Source of the DNA: Paramecium tetraurelia
Taxonomy: Eukaryota
Direction of reading: 5' to 3'
Assembly: GCA_000165425.1 (NCBI GenBank)
Contig: CT868607.1
Span: 186,001 to 250,000, forward strand
DNA length: 64,000 nucleotides
The stretch's first letter is position 1. Every line of letters starts with the position of its first letter. This document shows positions 25,865 through 38,802 of this stretch, one piece after another. Under the pieces are notes generated by a model. It did not search any database, was not told the DNA's origin, and saw nothing but the letters and a program-made list of their open reading frames with translations. The translations under genes were made by a program, and so were the position numbers.

Positions 25865-26379
25865 TATTCATATTTTAACTTATACACTTTTTAAATAAAC
25901 CCTTATCTAAATAAGTAACCTATACATTAATCATATAAGTCAAACATATTAAATAAAGTATTTTACTATAGAGATTATTGATTTAGGCAGAATATTTTGA
26001 TTTCTTTATTTTTCAATTAATGATGATGATACATTATGATATTGAATATAATAAAGATATTTGTTTATCAATACTAAATAATAGAAAACTAGAGAAAAAT
26101 AATTACTCTTTAATTTATGATGGATGAAATAAGAAAATAAAGAGTATGTTGAAAAAATAATATTTTTTACTAATTTTATAAACTGTTATTTCTCATCAAA
26201 TTCAATTATATTCTAAAAGATATAAATAATATTGAAATTTAAACCAAGAATCCATATATTAAAAAGTGGATAATATTTCTCCTCTACAACTGAGATGATC
26301 ACTTTTAGAATATAGAAAGATGAGCCTTGCTAAATCGTTTTTATTTAAAATCATTTATTTTAAATATAAATTTGTTTAA

Positions 26380-27190
26380 TTCTCATAAATATATGATTTT
26401 AATTTTACGTTCCTGTTTTTACCAAGGCTAATTGATATTGGATTTCTGGTTTAAAGATAAATTACTATGAAAATTGCTTTTTGTACCCCTTTTTGATTTA
26501 CTTATTTTATTCGAGTTCGAAGTTTGAACATCAATATCTGTAATTCTAAATTAAGTTCTTCCATAAATTTGAGGGAAGCGCTTTATATTATTCAAATGTA
26601 TTTGTTGTTAGACGCTTTCTTTCATTCTGTCAGATTATTAACTTTTAAATTAGGTTCTCAGTTTAATATAATTTCCAAAAGCTTCACTTGCCATTTAATT
26701 ATAGCTGCCAAATTGAGTGCTGTTTTATTTCTCTTCAACAAAGACAAGAGAATTAAATGAAAGTTTTTTTTCTTCCTTTATGTCAGTTTTGAGGGATTCT
26801 GATTTTGCAGTCTTTTCATTGTGTATATCAAGTTCAAAGCTTTTATTAAAAAATTCCTCCTCAAATTGATCAATATTTTCTTAAATATTATACGAAAAAT
26901 TCTCAAGCTAAGTTTATTTATTAGGGAATTATTAACATTCTACTCCTATCAATCTAATTCTTTAATTTTCTTTCTCAATTTTTGAAAATTAGCATGTATT
27001 ACCCATTTAATAAAGTATCAAATATTGAATTTATAAAAATATTGGGAATAAATTTCCAATTTTTAGTTTAAATTGTAGTAACTGATCTATTCTATTTTTA
27101 GATATATCTTACTTTTTGTTAAATTGTTGTTATTTGGATTCACATACATAAGGATAGGCTCAGTAAGAGAAAATATAGGATGTAGCCATG
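26380..27190 (-). pseudogene. Probable decayed gene remnant
   Basis: Coding-like fragments in different frames (e.g. FVEEKQNSTQFGSYNQMASEAFGNYIKLR) broken by TGA and frame changes inside an unusually long 1.7-kb gap. Confidence 0.3.
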
Positions 27191-27575
27191 TTTTTATGAT
27201 TTATATTTAAATGATGATGATGGTATAAACCTCTTTATTTAGTTGATCAAAAAATAAATTATAAAATTGAAAATGAATAGCTTAATGATTCAATTTTTAC
27301 TCCAGATATTTATAATAATTATAATTATTTATTATTATTAAATTAGTTCCTATTAATCTAATTAATTGTTTGAATAAAAATATGATGTTTGATTAATGCT
27401 GTTTACAGAAAGATAGAATTTTCAATTTCATAAAATAACTTAATTACATATATAATATACGTTAGCAAATTTCACATCTCTATGAGATGATAACATGTAA
27501 ATAAAATTAATTTCATAGAAATTTATATTAAAATTGAATTTTCTTTTTATATTAGTTTTAAAAAAATTATTATAT

Positions 27576-28232
27576 ATGAATTCCAAAAATGAAGGGATTG
27601 AAATGAAACCAATCATTGGACAAGGTTAATGTAATGATTACAATAGATCGCGAGGAAATCTCGTAATATGATATAACAAAAGCAGCACATCCAGGCATTT
27701 GTTTTTTTCATATATTTTTTAAATTTTGTGCATTTTTTTCGTAAAAGATAGTATTATAATTAATAGATATCTATTTTTAGGGTTAATAATTTCGAGCACT
27801 TTATTTTAATATATACTGATAATGATTTTCCATGCTTTTGATTTTTATACTGTTAAGAATATTACAGGAAAATTTTTAGTTGGCTTGAGATGGTATTCAG
27901 ATTTTACTCCAAAAGGGGATGAAGTTTGGAGATTTGAATGTTTTGACAAATGCAAAAGAAGTAAAATAGATTCCTCTGTATTTTGGACTTTTTAATTTGG
28001 AGCATCATGTGCATGGGCATTTTTTGTGTTTACAAATGTATTATCTTTTTGAATTTGTTGATGTAAATAAATTAAGGATTAATTAAAGATCATTTTTGCA
28101 GGAATTGGAGCCAGTTTAAGTTGGATCAACTTATGGGGATTCTATAAATGTTCAAAGGATTAATAAAGAAAAATGAAGGGAGTTCAATCTTATTTGACTA
28201 AAAAGGGATTATAAATGGCAGTTCAGAGTTGA
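27576..28232 (+). CDS. TVP23: Golgi membrane protein TVP23 (DUF846); in-frame TGA at 28050-28052
   Basis: AAHPGICFFHIFFK, AFDFYTVKNITGKFLVGLRWY, EVWRFE, VFW, NLWGFYKCSKD. Confidence 0.9.
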
Positions 28233-28337
28233 GTTAGAATTTAGATAAATTCTAGATCAATCTATATTATTATTATTTAATTTTATAGATAAAGGTCAAT
28301 TTAAAAGTAATTTAAAACAAACTTCAATAATTTATAT

Positions 28338-29085
28338 TCATTAATCTGAAGAATTAGGATCTAATGATTTATCCTCTTCATCGTTTTTATGTTTCTTTGC
28401 TTGCCTTAATTTTTAAATAATATAATATACAGTCGACTTGTTACATAGGCTTCTAATTTTCTAGCAGTTTTAGTAGGAAGGACATCGATGTCAAATTCTA
28501 CCTCATCCTCCCCATTAGCTTAAACACTCTCCTATACAATTTCCCAAACACCTCTCAAATATTCTATTTTCAATTGTTTTATGTTCTCCCCTAGGTTAAG
28601 TTTCTCTTATTAAGTCATTTGTTTTTACAACTTGGATCTTAATTTAAAATGATATTTTACACAATTTTTGGACTTGACTGTTACTATTATTGTTGCTGTT
28701 ATTACTATTATTATTATTATTATTATTGCTTCTATTATTAAGATTATTATTAATATTATTAATGATGCTTTTATTTCTGCAGAATTTTTTATGCTTTATT
28801 ATCTGGCTCCTTTTTGTCCTTTTATTATTGAGGTTGTATCCTTTAGGCTCTTCTCGGTGCTAGGTCTTCTTGGCTTGTCTATTCCAATTTGTGAGTCTTG
28901 AATGTAGCATCAAACCTAGAAACTTTCTTAGACTTAAATTAATCAGGACAATATAATACAATCCTTTATTCTCTCTAATGAATTAGACTAGCCAAGTGCA
29001 AAGAGAATCCTTAGGGCAATTTCATTTAGATATAATCAACTTGCTGTGAATTCAAGTAGAATTCGATCTAATTATTGGAATTCAT
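28338..29085 (-). CDS. ET (extra-terminal/NET) domain protein with polyQ and no bromodomain
   Basis: MTQQEKLNLGENIKQLKIEYLRGVWEIVQESVQANGEDEVEFDIDVLPTKTARKLEAYV matches the BET-type ET domain. Confidence 0.82.
28678..28728 (-). repeat. Trinucleotide repeat encoding about 17 consecutive Gln (mixed TAA/TAG/CAA/CAG)
   Basis: Plus-strand (TTA)n run interspersed with CTA/TTG/CTG, in frame within the ET gene. Confidence 0.85.
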
Positions 29086-29597
29086 TTTTTTTTCTTAAAT
29101 ATTTATTAATATTTTAAACCATAAATGATTAATAGAATAGTAATCAACTATTTTGCTGTATATCGATCTCAATCCATAAATTACTTCAGTCCTTATTAAA
29201 ATGAGAATGGGTACTAGGGATATACATGATATTACAAAAGATCAACAAATCAATCAAAATTAAAAATAAATTCAATATTTCATTAATAAATTAGGAAATA
29301 AACTAATTGATATATCAATTTAAGTTTTATTAGAGCTTACCTGCTAACCATCTACAATCAATCCTTTGATATAATAGGAATCATTTAAAGAATCAGGAAC
29401 ATTTCAAATAGATATTTATAAATTGTGTTAATAAATAAATGAGATTTAAGTATGTAAGATATTTAATTGAAGTTTTTGTACTTTTAATTATACTGCTTAC
29501 GGAAAATTAATTAATTAATGTATAAGGAAAAATAAACAATTTATTTTATGCTAAACAACCAGGATTTTTTATATATAAGTAGATGATAGTTTGGAGT

Positions 29598-30786
29598 ATG
29601 GGATAAATAATTTAAGTACTTTTTATTTAGTCATTGGAATGGAATGGAGTAGGTCTAGGGAGAGGGAGAAGATGAGAAAATAAAGAGAGAAAGTAGATAC
29701 AAAAAAGGAAAAACACTACAAGTTATAAAAAGATGAGATATTCAATTAAAGATATTTATTTGTGTAGGCCATTTCAGATGGAACATTTGGAAGAGTAGTG
29801 AGGGTGTTTGATGGAGGAGAGAATGATTTCAAGGCCATCAAGATCATTAAATCAGTCAAAAGACATATTCAGAGTGCCAAAATTGAATATGGAATACTGA
29901 GAACCATTCATTAACAGAATCAATATCATCCAGGAAATGAGAAAATTGTAAGAGCATACGAAGCATTTAGTCATAAGGACAATTATTGCATAGTTTTTGA
30001 GGATGTAAAATGGCATTCTAATTTTTAGCTTGGATTATCTTTGTATGATTTTATGAGAGGAAAATATTTCGGAGGATTTGAATTGAAAGCAGTTTAATAA
30101 ATACTATTTGACTGTCTCTAGGGTTTAGATTTTATGCATGCAAGTGGATACACTCACACAGATCTTAAACCTGAGAACATTCTACTAATAGACAAATAAT
30201 AGAAAGGGTAATAAAATTAATTAATCTACTATTAGGAAAAAAGAAAATCATTATCATGTAAAAATAATAGACCTTGGAGGAGCAGTATTTTAGACAGAGT
30301 GTCATTCTTAATTAATTAACACAAGATAATACAGAGCACCAGAAGTTATCCTCAAAAATAACTGGACTAATTTAAGTGACATGTGGTGTATGGGTTGCAT
30401 AGCAGTCGAATTATTTACAGGTTATTTATTTAAAATTCATTATTTTAGGCCAACAATTGTTTAGACCAAAAGGCAATGACTTTTTTCACTTGGCAATGAT
30501 TGAAAAACATTGCGGTCCAATTCCTATTGAGATGATTTAATAGTGTAGAAATGAAGCCAGGGAATACTTCAATGAATACTAACTGAATGACTCCTTTTTG
30601 AAATGGCCGGATGATTCAATTATGGTTTAAGAGTTGAGTCTGATGAAGGTATTTAGAGCATTTATACCATAAAATTAATACGAGTTGATAAATCTAATAG
30701 AGAACTTAATTGTGATAGAACCATTAAAAAGATTGACTCCTAAATAAGCATTGGAACATGACTTTTTTAAATTAAAATTTAATTGA
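29598..30786 (+). CDS. CLK/LAMMER dual-specificity kinase (start approximate)
   Basis: SDGTFGRV, AIKII, HTDLKPENIL, DLGGA, INTRQYRAPEVIL, FHLAMIEK (LAMMER motif). Confidence 0.9.
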
Positions 30787-31193
30787 CTTTATTTTATTAT
30801 TAAATACTAATAAATTTGTACATTATTTTGTACTTCTCATATTTTTATACTATTCTCGTTAAAAAATACATTAAATAACAAACTTTTTGGATTACTTAGA
30901 ATTGAAATATCCAACTTATCTAAAAAAATACCAATAATCTTTTCAAGGGAAATATTACTATGATTTATGATATCGGCATATATTGCTACCTAAGCGATTC
31001 ATCTGTTTTATCAAGAAAGACAAATGATTTAATTAGGGAATCTAAGTTATGCAAAAGGATTTGATATATAAATTATAATCTCAATAAACATAATTCTTAA
31101 GTATAATTACAAAAAACTATCTAAAGAAAATTCTTAAGTAGCAATTAAGTTAAAATTGATTGATATTGTAGATTTATATTAACTATGTAATTA

Positions 31194-32606
31194 TCATATT
31201 GATTCAAATTCAGTTGTATTGAATTTCATGACCATCTTAGGCATCTAAGGATATTAAACCATATCATTTGTCACGAATGATCCTTTATATTCAGGTTTTT
31301 CTTCAGGTTGGAAATCTACGGTCTGCATCATCTGTTTTTATTAAGCAAAAAATTATTTTTTGTGTGCATTAGATGGTCCAATAGGTGCAGAATTTGAATT
31401 TTAAGTTCCATTAGTTGCTGGTGATTTCTCAGTATCGTTTTATTGAGTAGATGTAAAAAATGGAAATTTCAAACACTCCTAAGCGGTTGGTCTTAGGATT
31501 GGATCTTTTTATAACATTGATTTTAACAATATCTTCAATTATAATATTAGATACTATAGCATCTGATGGCAGTTTTCTTAATTATAAAAGAGTAAAGTCG
31601 ATTTGACATTTCTTATTTTAAGCTAATACATAAGCAAACCCTGTCCCTGGAAATAGATCTCGTCCAGTTAATAATTTATAGAAAACTGCCCCTGCACTAA
31701 ATATATCGCATTTCTTATCATAAATAGAATTCTAGTCAGTCAAATTCGCAATTTCTGGAGCTACATATCCTGGAGTACCACACTTGGGATACTTAAATCT
31801 AAGTTTTGAAATCTTGTATTACTTTTTGATATTGGAATAAGTAGCTAAACCAAAGTCTACTAATTTTAATGTTGTAAGATTGTTAATCTTTTCTAAAACT
31901 ATATTTTCTAGTTTAATATCTCTATGCATAACGTTTTTTGAATGCATGTAGTCAATTCCACTTAATAATGCCTATTTAACTATTAATTTACATGCATAAT
32001 CAATTTAGACTACTCAACTGTCAAACCTGTATGTTAATTCTTAAGTAATATTGAAAGGTTCTTTCCAGACAATAAATCCATTATGATATAATAACTTGTA
32101 TCTCCTAAAAATACTTCTTTTATTTTCACAAATGCTGGGTGGTCCAATAGATTATTAATTTCAATCTCTTAAATTATAGATTCAGTCTTGGGAACGCATT
32201 TTGCAGCATAGAATGATTCCCCAATTTTCGATTTCACTAGGAGAACTTTGGCAGTGCTTCCTTTTCCTAAGATTTAGAGAGGAGTGTAAAAATCCTGAAT
32301 TTTAGAAAAAAACAATCTTCCATTTAAGTATTCCTTTAATTTGTATGCCTCTTCAGTTAAATAAGTTCCATTATCTATGGTGAATCCTACCAATCCTTTA
32401 TCGAATTACCATTTGATCACATTAGGAAAATGTAATTTGAATGAGGAAATAGGTTCTCCTTGTTTATAGATGTGTAAAAAGTCCTTCTTTAAAATTATCG
32501 ATAATTAGTCTTTGAGGTTAACCTATAGTATTATGTCACGATCAATAAATTAGATTTATGTTTTCAAGATCAGGGAGTAAACATTAGGGCAACAATTCAA
32601 GAACAT
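31194..32606 (-). CDS. CAMK-group Ser/Thr kinase with an N-terminal PH-like region (start uncertain)
   Basis: [43 protein letters not shown]. Confidence 0.9.
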
Positions 32607-32724
32607 TTAATTTTATTTTATTTTTGCTCCGATAATTTAATCATCATCGTAATTGTACAGAAAATTATTGAAATATAAATTTTCTTTTACAAATTTCATA
32701 ATAATTTACATCTACAACTAACAA

Positions 32725-33708
32725 ATGAAATACCTTTCACAAAAACTGTGCATAGCTGATCAATAATAATTGGACAAGGCAATTCAACTAATAAGTAAGA
32801 TAAGAATTCAGGTCAATTAAAGATTGAATGATTTAGAAAAAATGATTTATGATAAAATCCAAGACTTATAGGAGAATGAAATATTCAAACAATTAAATCA
32901 AATGGAAACTTTATTTATCGAATCAAATGATAGAAATTTTGATTAAAAATCAACTGATTTATTCTAAATGATCTCTAGTTTTTCAAATTGTAAAGAAAAT
33001 AAAATTTCCCATAATAATGTTGAATAGCTTGATATCCTAAATTTTCAATAAGCTATTAAAAAATTAATGGAATTATAAATATCAAACTAGTATATGATGA
33101 ATAATATCACCAATTTGGTTGATTAAAATAAAAAAGACAATAAAAAACCTGTGAATTCAGGTCCATAAAATGCTAGTAATGAGATCTGGAAACACAAAAC
33201 ATTTGCTAAATCAAATGATAGAAAAGTAGCTTTCAATTTTACTAAAAATTGTGGTGTTGCTGAGAATATTTTACCCCTTTAAAATGTGGTTTTATCTGGA
33301 TTTCTATTAACTTAATTATTTTCAGGATAAAACCAATTTGATTAAAATATAAATGATAAAGATAAAGAAGTGGTTGTATTATTTAGAGTGCATGAAGGAT
33401 TGGATTTAAGTATCTCTGTTTATGATGAAATTATTAATATTAAACACTCCAATTTGAAAATAATTAATGATTGCTATTTCATTGAATTAGAATAAGATGT
33501 GTTTTTAAAAAAAGGAATGACCTATTCCTTATCCCTAGTCTCCTAAATAAATGAAACTTTCAATTTATACATGTTTGCTGGAAAGAGTGTCAACTTTGGA
33601 GAAATTAAGTTCCTCAATAAAGAAACCGAAAATATAATCTAATCTGTTTAAGTCAAATAGAGTCTAACCCAATCTTGCATTCCAGGAATTGTAATACACA
33701 ATAGTTGA
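32725..33708 (+). CDS. Hypothetical protein, 327 aa: coiled coil plus possible PHR-like beta domain
   Basis: Intronless table-6 ORF from ATG 32725 to TGA 33708; NVVLSGFLLTQ...SCIPGIVI. Confidence 0.7.
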
Positions 33709-34081
33709 TAATAATATTATTATATTATTAAAATTTAACAAATTTGAGCATCTTAAATATTACTTTTTACTATAAACTATTTATTTTAAAAAACATTATG
33801 ATAGAGATATAAAAAATAATCTAAATTGAGAATCATAAGTAATTGTATAAATTAGTTATGTTTACAAAGTAATATTTCTAAGATATCCATCAATGGCATG
33901 AGCATTATAATTTAATGCATTTCTTTTATCATTAACTCCAAAATAAAAATGAATGAAGATGAAGGATGATGTCATTCAAAATTTAAATGAGATTGGTATA
34001 TTGGTAAATTGATACAAGTTAAACAATTGAATTATAGTAATGATAATTGTTTAATTGTGAATTATTTATAAGATTATAATT

Positions 34082-34828
34082 ATGAATTTAATCAAAATCA
34101 CAATTCTTACCCTAATGGTAATAATTCTAGTATTATGCTGCACTTTAATTGGGATAATCATAGATTTAGATGATGATAGTAGTCGATTTACGAACTATTT
34201 TATAATGTGCTGTGTAGTAATTTAATATGATGCTTGTAGTCAGGAGTGTTTATTTGTTTAATCATCATCGAAGGATACCTCTATTAATTTAAACCAAAAA
34301 GTAGACATGTTTAATGCCCTCGTATGATGTTAATATATTTACTATTTAACAAGTCTTTTAATTCTAGCTATTTTAGTTTTGTTATATTCAGCCATAACTC
34401 AAATTTCTCATGCTTTATTAGATGATAACGGTAAGTTTATGAAAATACAGATATTAGGCAATGGAAAAGTACCCATTATCGATCCGCATGATTCTGATTG
34501 GTATAGATTGAAAAAGATTTCTCGAATAATTCAATACACTACCTGCACAATAGTTCTAATTATACAAATATTGATTGGGTATAAGAAGAAAAAGAGTCTA
34601 AACAAAGGTCAAGTCATTGAGAGTCTGATTGAGAATGATGTAATCATTATTAATTAATAAAAAGCAAGTCTTAATTACGTCATTAGAACCCACAACTTAA
34701 AAGCTCTATCAAAATTAGGGAACAGGTACTTAAGGAAATTCTCAGATGGTAAATACTTTGGAATCAAAAAATACTTAATAAATACAAGCCATACAAAAAT
34801 TAAACAACAACAATAATAATAATTCATG
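34082..34828 (+). CDS. Small multi-pass membrane hypothetical protein (boundaries approximate)
   Basis: Several hydrophobic stretches, including supplied ORF 34379-34657; probable tiny introns. Confidence 0.5.
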
Positions 34829-34878
34829 AAATAATTTTATCAAAATTGCTTTTTATATATATTAGAAGCTAATTATAA

Positions 34879-36429
34879 TCAAAATTATTCATCCCATGCA
34901 GACGTTGGAATATTATTATCATGGTTATTAACTGTTTTAATCCTCTAAGTAACAAATTAATATGAAGCACTCATCGTTCTAAAGTGACTGCTCGGAGGAG
35001 TAATGCTGTTACTTATAATTATTTTAAAAATCTAAAATAAATTGAGACATTACTTTGATACAATCCAAATTCTATTCGCCCAAAATTTGCATCATTTTAT
35101 CCCTATTCTCTAATAGTTATATTGGATCTTTGCTGTTTTCCAACAGATCTTTCATTCTTTAAAATACTTCCTATCCTAACTTATTTTTCAAAAAGTCTGC
35201 CAATAGTATATTTCTATTTGGAGATGTAGGAGTTTTGGGATTGAAGAGCAATTTGGCAAAGGAGGGTTTCTTTTGTGTGATTTCCTATTCGACTTTTTCA
35301 TCCAATTGAGTATTAATGGTCATAATCTTTTTGTAAGGCTTTTTCTGAATTTAGCAGTAATTGTTATTGGGTGACACACATTCCGAGAAGATATTTTACA
35401 GTCCCAATTAAGTTTATCTATATTAAGGAGTAATGGATTATTTAAGTATATTTGACATATCTTTGTTAGTTGATTGTTTGTCTTATTTGAATTCTTATTT
35501 TTCATCAAAGCCTGGACATTCAATAGGACATATCCTTTTATTTAATAGTCCTTTACTTTTATAAAGTGTTTACAATTTGATTTGTTCATCCTTAATTTAA
35601 GGGATATTGAGTATTTGATCTATATCTGGTCGAAGTTCTGGATCTTTCTGTAAAGTAATGTTGAGGATATCTTGATAGAACTTGGGGAAAGCCTCGCCTA
35701 ATTGAGGAGTTTGGCCATTTATGATGGAGTTGAGGATTGCAGGGAGGGATTCTCCTTGAAATGGCTTTTGTTGGGTGCACAATTCGTATAAGAAGCAGCC
35801 TAAATTCCAGATGTCGGTTTTGGAATTGTAGTGTTTGGATTGGCAGATTTCAGGAGATAAATAATATGGAGTTCCTTATTTACATAATTTAAATTACCTA
35901 AAGTTGTATTGGTCGATAGATCGATCAATTTTTTGGAGATACTGAAATCACCCAATTTAATCTATAAAGGAATTAAGTAGGAATACATACAATTCCATCA
36001 TCAGTAATAAAAACATTCCTCAATTTAATGTCCCTATGTACTATTTTTTGTTAATGCAAATATTAGACTCCCAAACACAATTAGGTAAAATAGTTCAGGA
36101 TGTCTGGCTGTTTAGTTTTTATGTAGATTGAGAGATCAGCTTAGATATAGTGGAGAGTCTTACAATTTTTGGCATATTCCATGATTATGCACAATTTGTC
36201 ATTATGCTCGAAGGAATCATAAAACTTTATTATGTTAGGATGCTTAAGAACTTTCATTATGCTGACTTCGTTTTGAGGATCCACAGTATCAAAGACTAAA
36301 TCTATTCTTTTCATAGCATATTACTATTAAATAGTTATTTTTAAATACTCTTCCTTTATTGTCCTCCACCAACCAAACATCTCCAAAATTTCCTTTCCCA
36401 ATCTTCCTTATTCTTCTGTACTTCTCCAT
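34879..36429 (-). CDS. NIMA-related kinase (NEK)
   Basis: MEKYRRIRKIGKGNFG, HPNIIKFYDSF, LCIIMEYA, HRDIKLRNVF, KLGDFSISK, GTPYYLSPEIC, YNSKTDIW. Confidence 0.93.
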
Positions 36430-36553
36430 TTCTCTAAGTATTATTAATTATTATATTTATATATAACTAGAGAATAGTCATAATAAATTTTATGATAGTA
36501 TATTTAATTTAATTGTAAATTATTGAGAAATATAAATAAATAATAACATATTT

Positions 36554-37560
36554 ATGGCAAGCTAATTGGAATTCAATCTTAATCAGATTCAAGTCGACTT
36601 TATTCTAAGCAAAATGCCCAAAGGCTATTCCCTTTTGCAATCTAATCTCCTAAAATCCCGTGAATAGAGAGTGGTAATAATGCCCCTCCTTATTAGCGAA
36701 ATAGCCCAAAAAGGTTAACAAATATGATGCCTCTTTCCAAAGCAACAAATAGGAAGTGGTCGAAGACAAAAGCAAGAGATCCCAAAGAATTGCTCCAGTT
36801 CAAAAAGAATAAGTCAAAATTCCATAGGATGATAATTGCAAGAAGGGATTGTACCTTCTTCAAAAGTTCAAATCCCATCCAGCATTCAATGAGATCAATG
36901 CTTCTGGGTATTTAAATATCGATAAAATTGAAGCTTCCTTCAAATAGGAGGGTATTACTTACTTGTAAATTAAAAGGTAATTTGATGAATCTTTGGAATC
37001 AAATTAGAATTGCATTACAAAAACTAACTTAATCTGTTACTTCTAGCTAAATACAAGATCAAGTCACGCAATTAGAAAATCATTTTTATGATGTTTTTAA
37101 AGCATTCTAAAATGAATAGAAATTAACACCCTCATCTACAAAGTAAAACTCTAAATTAACCTATTTAGAAGCATCCCAACCGCAAACAAAGCCAACTCCA
37201 ACAAAGTGAAAGAACCTTAATACTAAAAAAAATAAGATACTCATATTTCATTCGAAGAAAAAAGATAATTGGGGCAACACATCAGAGAGTTGCCTCAAGA
37301 ACATTTGAAGGGAGTTTGGGAGATAGTGTAGTAAAGTGTTTAAAATCAAGAAGCCGAAGAACTAGAATTTGATATTGATCAATTGCCAGCCAAGGTCATT
37401 CGCAAACTATAAGAATATGTCCAATCTAAATTGTATCACATCAATATTAACACAAAATAGAAAAACAAAAAAAGTAAAAGTTGATCCATCAATCAATTAC
37501 AGCTCCCAAAAATCCAACAACTAAGAAGATAGTTCTTTTCCCTCTGAGTCCTCTGATTGA
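36554..37560 (+). CDS. ET-domain protein with a central helical (degenerate bromodomain-like) region; paralogue of 28338-29085
   Basis: ISFEEKRQLGQHIRELPQEHLKGVWEIVQQSVQNQEAEELEFDIDQLPAKVIRKLQEYV; four tiny introns restore the frame. Confidence 0.85.
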
Positions 37561-37944
37561 GATATTATCAATATTCAATATCGATATTTAATATTCTGAA
37601 TATCCCTCCATTGCTCTTGTCAACCTTGCATAATATAGATAAATTAAGACATGCTCTAAATATATACATTAAACTTTTCAAGTCTAAAATTTATGAAAAT
37701 GCTTGGCAAAACTAGTCTAAAATTAATATACGCAATTTATACTAATTTTTGAATCACTAACTTCTCTCCTAACAGTCACATTAATATATAAAGTATTCTA
37801 TAGAAACATATATCAAATATTCTTTTTCACTATAATATAATAACTTGTCTTTAAGTTCTTTGGGTTTAGATGAGTATTAGTTCTTAATAAATTGACTGCA
37901 GATAGTTTAATAGAAAATATACATGATATTAAATCATTTATAAA

Positions 37945-38668
37945 TCATTTCTTGCCTTGTTGTTATTGTTTCCACTCATAAAATTCTGGATTTCGTGAAT
38001 ATACTTCATTTCTGTTGTTATTTGTCTTTTCCTTTACTTATGCTTGCTATTTTTAAGAATATTCTTCGAAACTCATATATTTTCTATATAAATCTATATT
38101 CATTATACTTTTCTTTTTCATCATATAAGAGTTTGCTATTGTCATTTGCATTTTCAAGTGAATCCCTATACCACACACTGAACACAAAGCACATGAGTTA
38201 AATCCCTAAACTGGTGAGCGTAATGAAAATGGACCTTGTATATTGATTTTTCAATTATTCCTTTAGAGCATCAGCTGTTTCCTGGGGCTCGTCAAGTTTT
38301 TCAATTGCTACACTCTAAGATCATTCTCTATACCCTTATCGATAAATTGATCTTCTAAAACAAATGCCAAGATTGTAATTGTGACTTATCCCAATAGTAT
38401 GAATCCTAAGATAAAGTTGTAACACTTGATTCTAAACATTGCCTTCTTTGTGCCCAGGGCTAAACAAATTGAATATCTGAACAATACATATCAACGATAG
38501 GAATAATTGGATTCCCCCCAACACCAATATGCACATAACTATAACTGAGAATATTTTAGCTACGACCCAAATGTAAATGGCTATTGCAATCATAAGGAGA
38601 CCACTCATTCCTAATAGTAGATTGAAAAATTGCTTGCAATAATAAAGACATTTGTTCCCTGATTTCAT
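37945..38668 (-). CDS. Tetraspanin-like four-TM protein
   Basis: KCLYYCKQFFNLLLGMSGLLMIAIAIYIW; three N-terminal TMs, a loop, a fourth TM and a basic C-terminal tail. Confidence 0.7.
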
Positions 38669-38802
38669 TGTAATCTATAAAATTAATATATAATTTATTC
38701 ACCAAATAAACTATTAAATTAAATTATAATTCACATACAATGCTATATTTACCATATATTTTAAAAAAAAATACTTTAAGATTCTAAGAAAAATATAATT
38801 TA

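Noticed and set aside
28050..28052. TGA in TVP23 read as selenocysteine or by readthrough
   Set aside because: A second in-frame TGA follows three codons later, and readthrough alone would not keep the frame across the 26-nt intron.
28668..28901. Supplied plus-strand ORF with a poly-Ile tract
   Set aside because: It is the antisense shadow of the TAA-encoded polyQ in the minus-strand ET gene.
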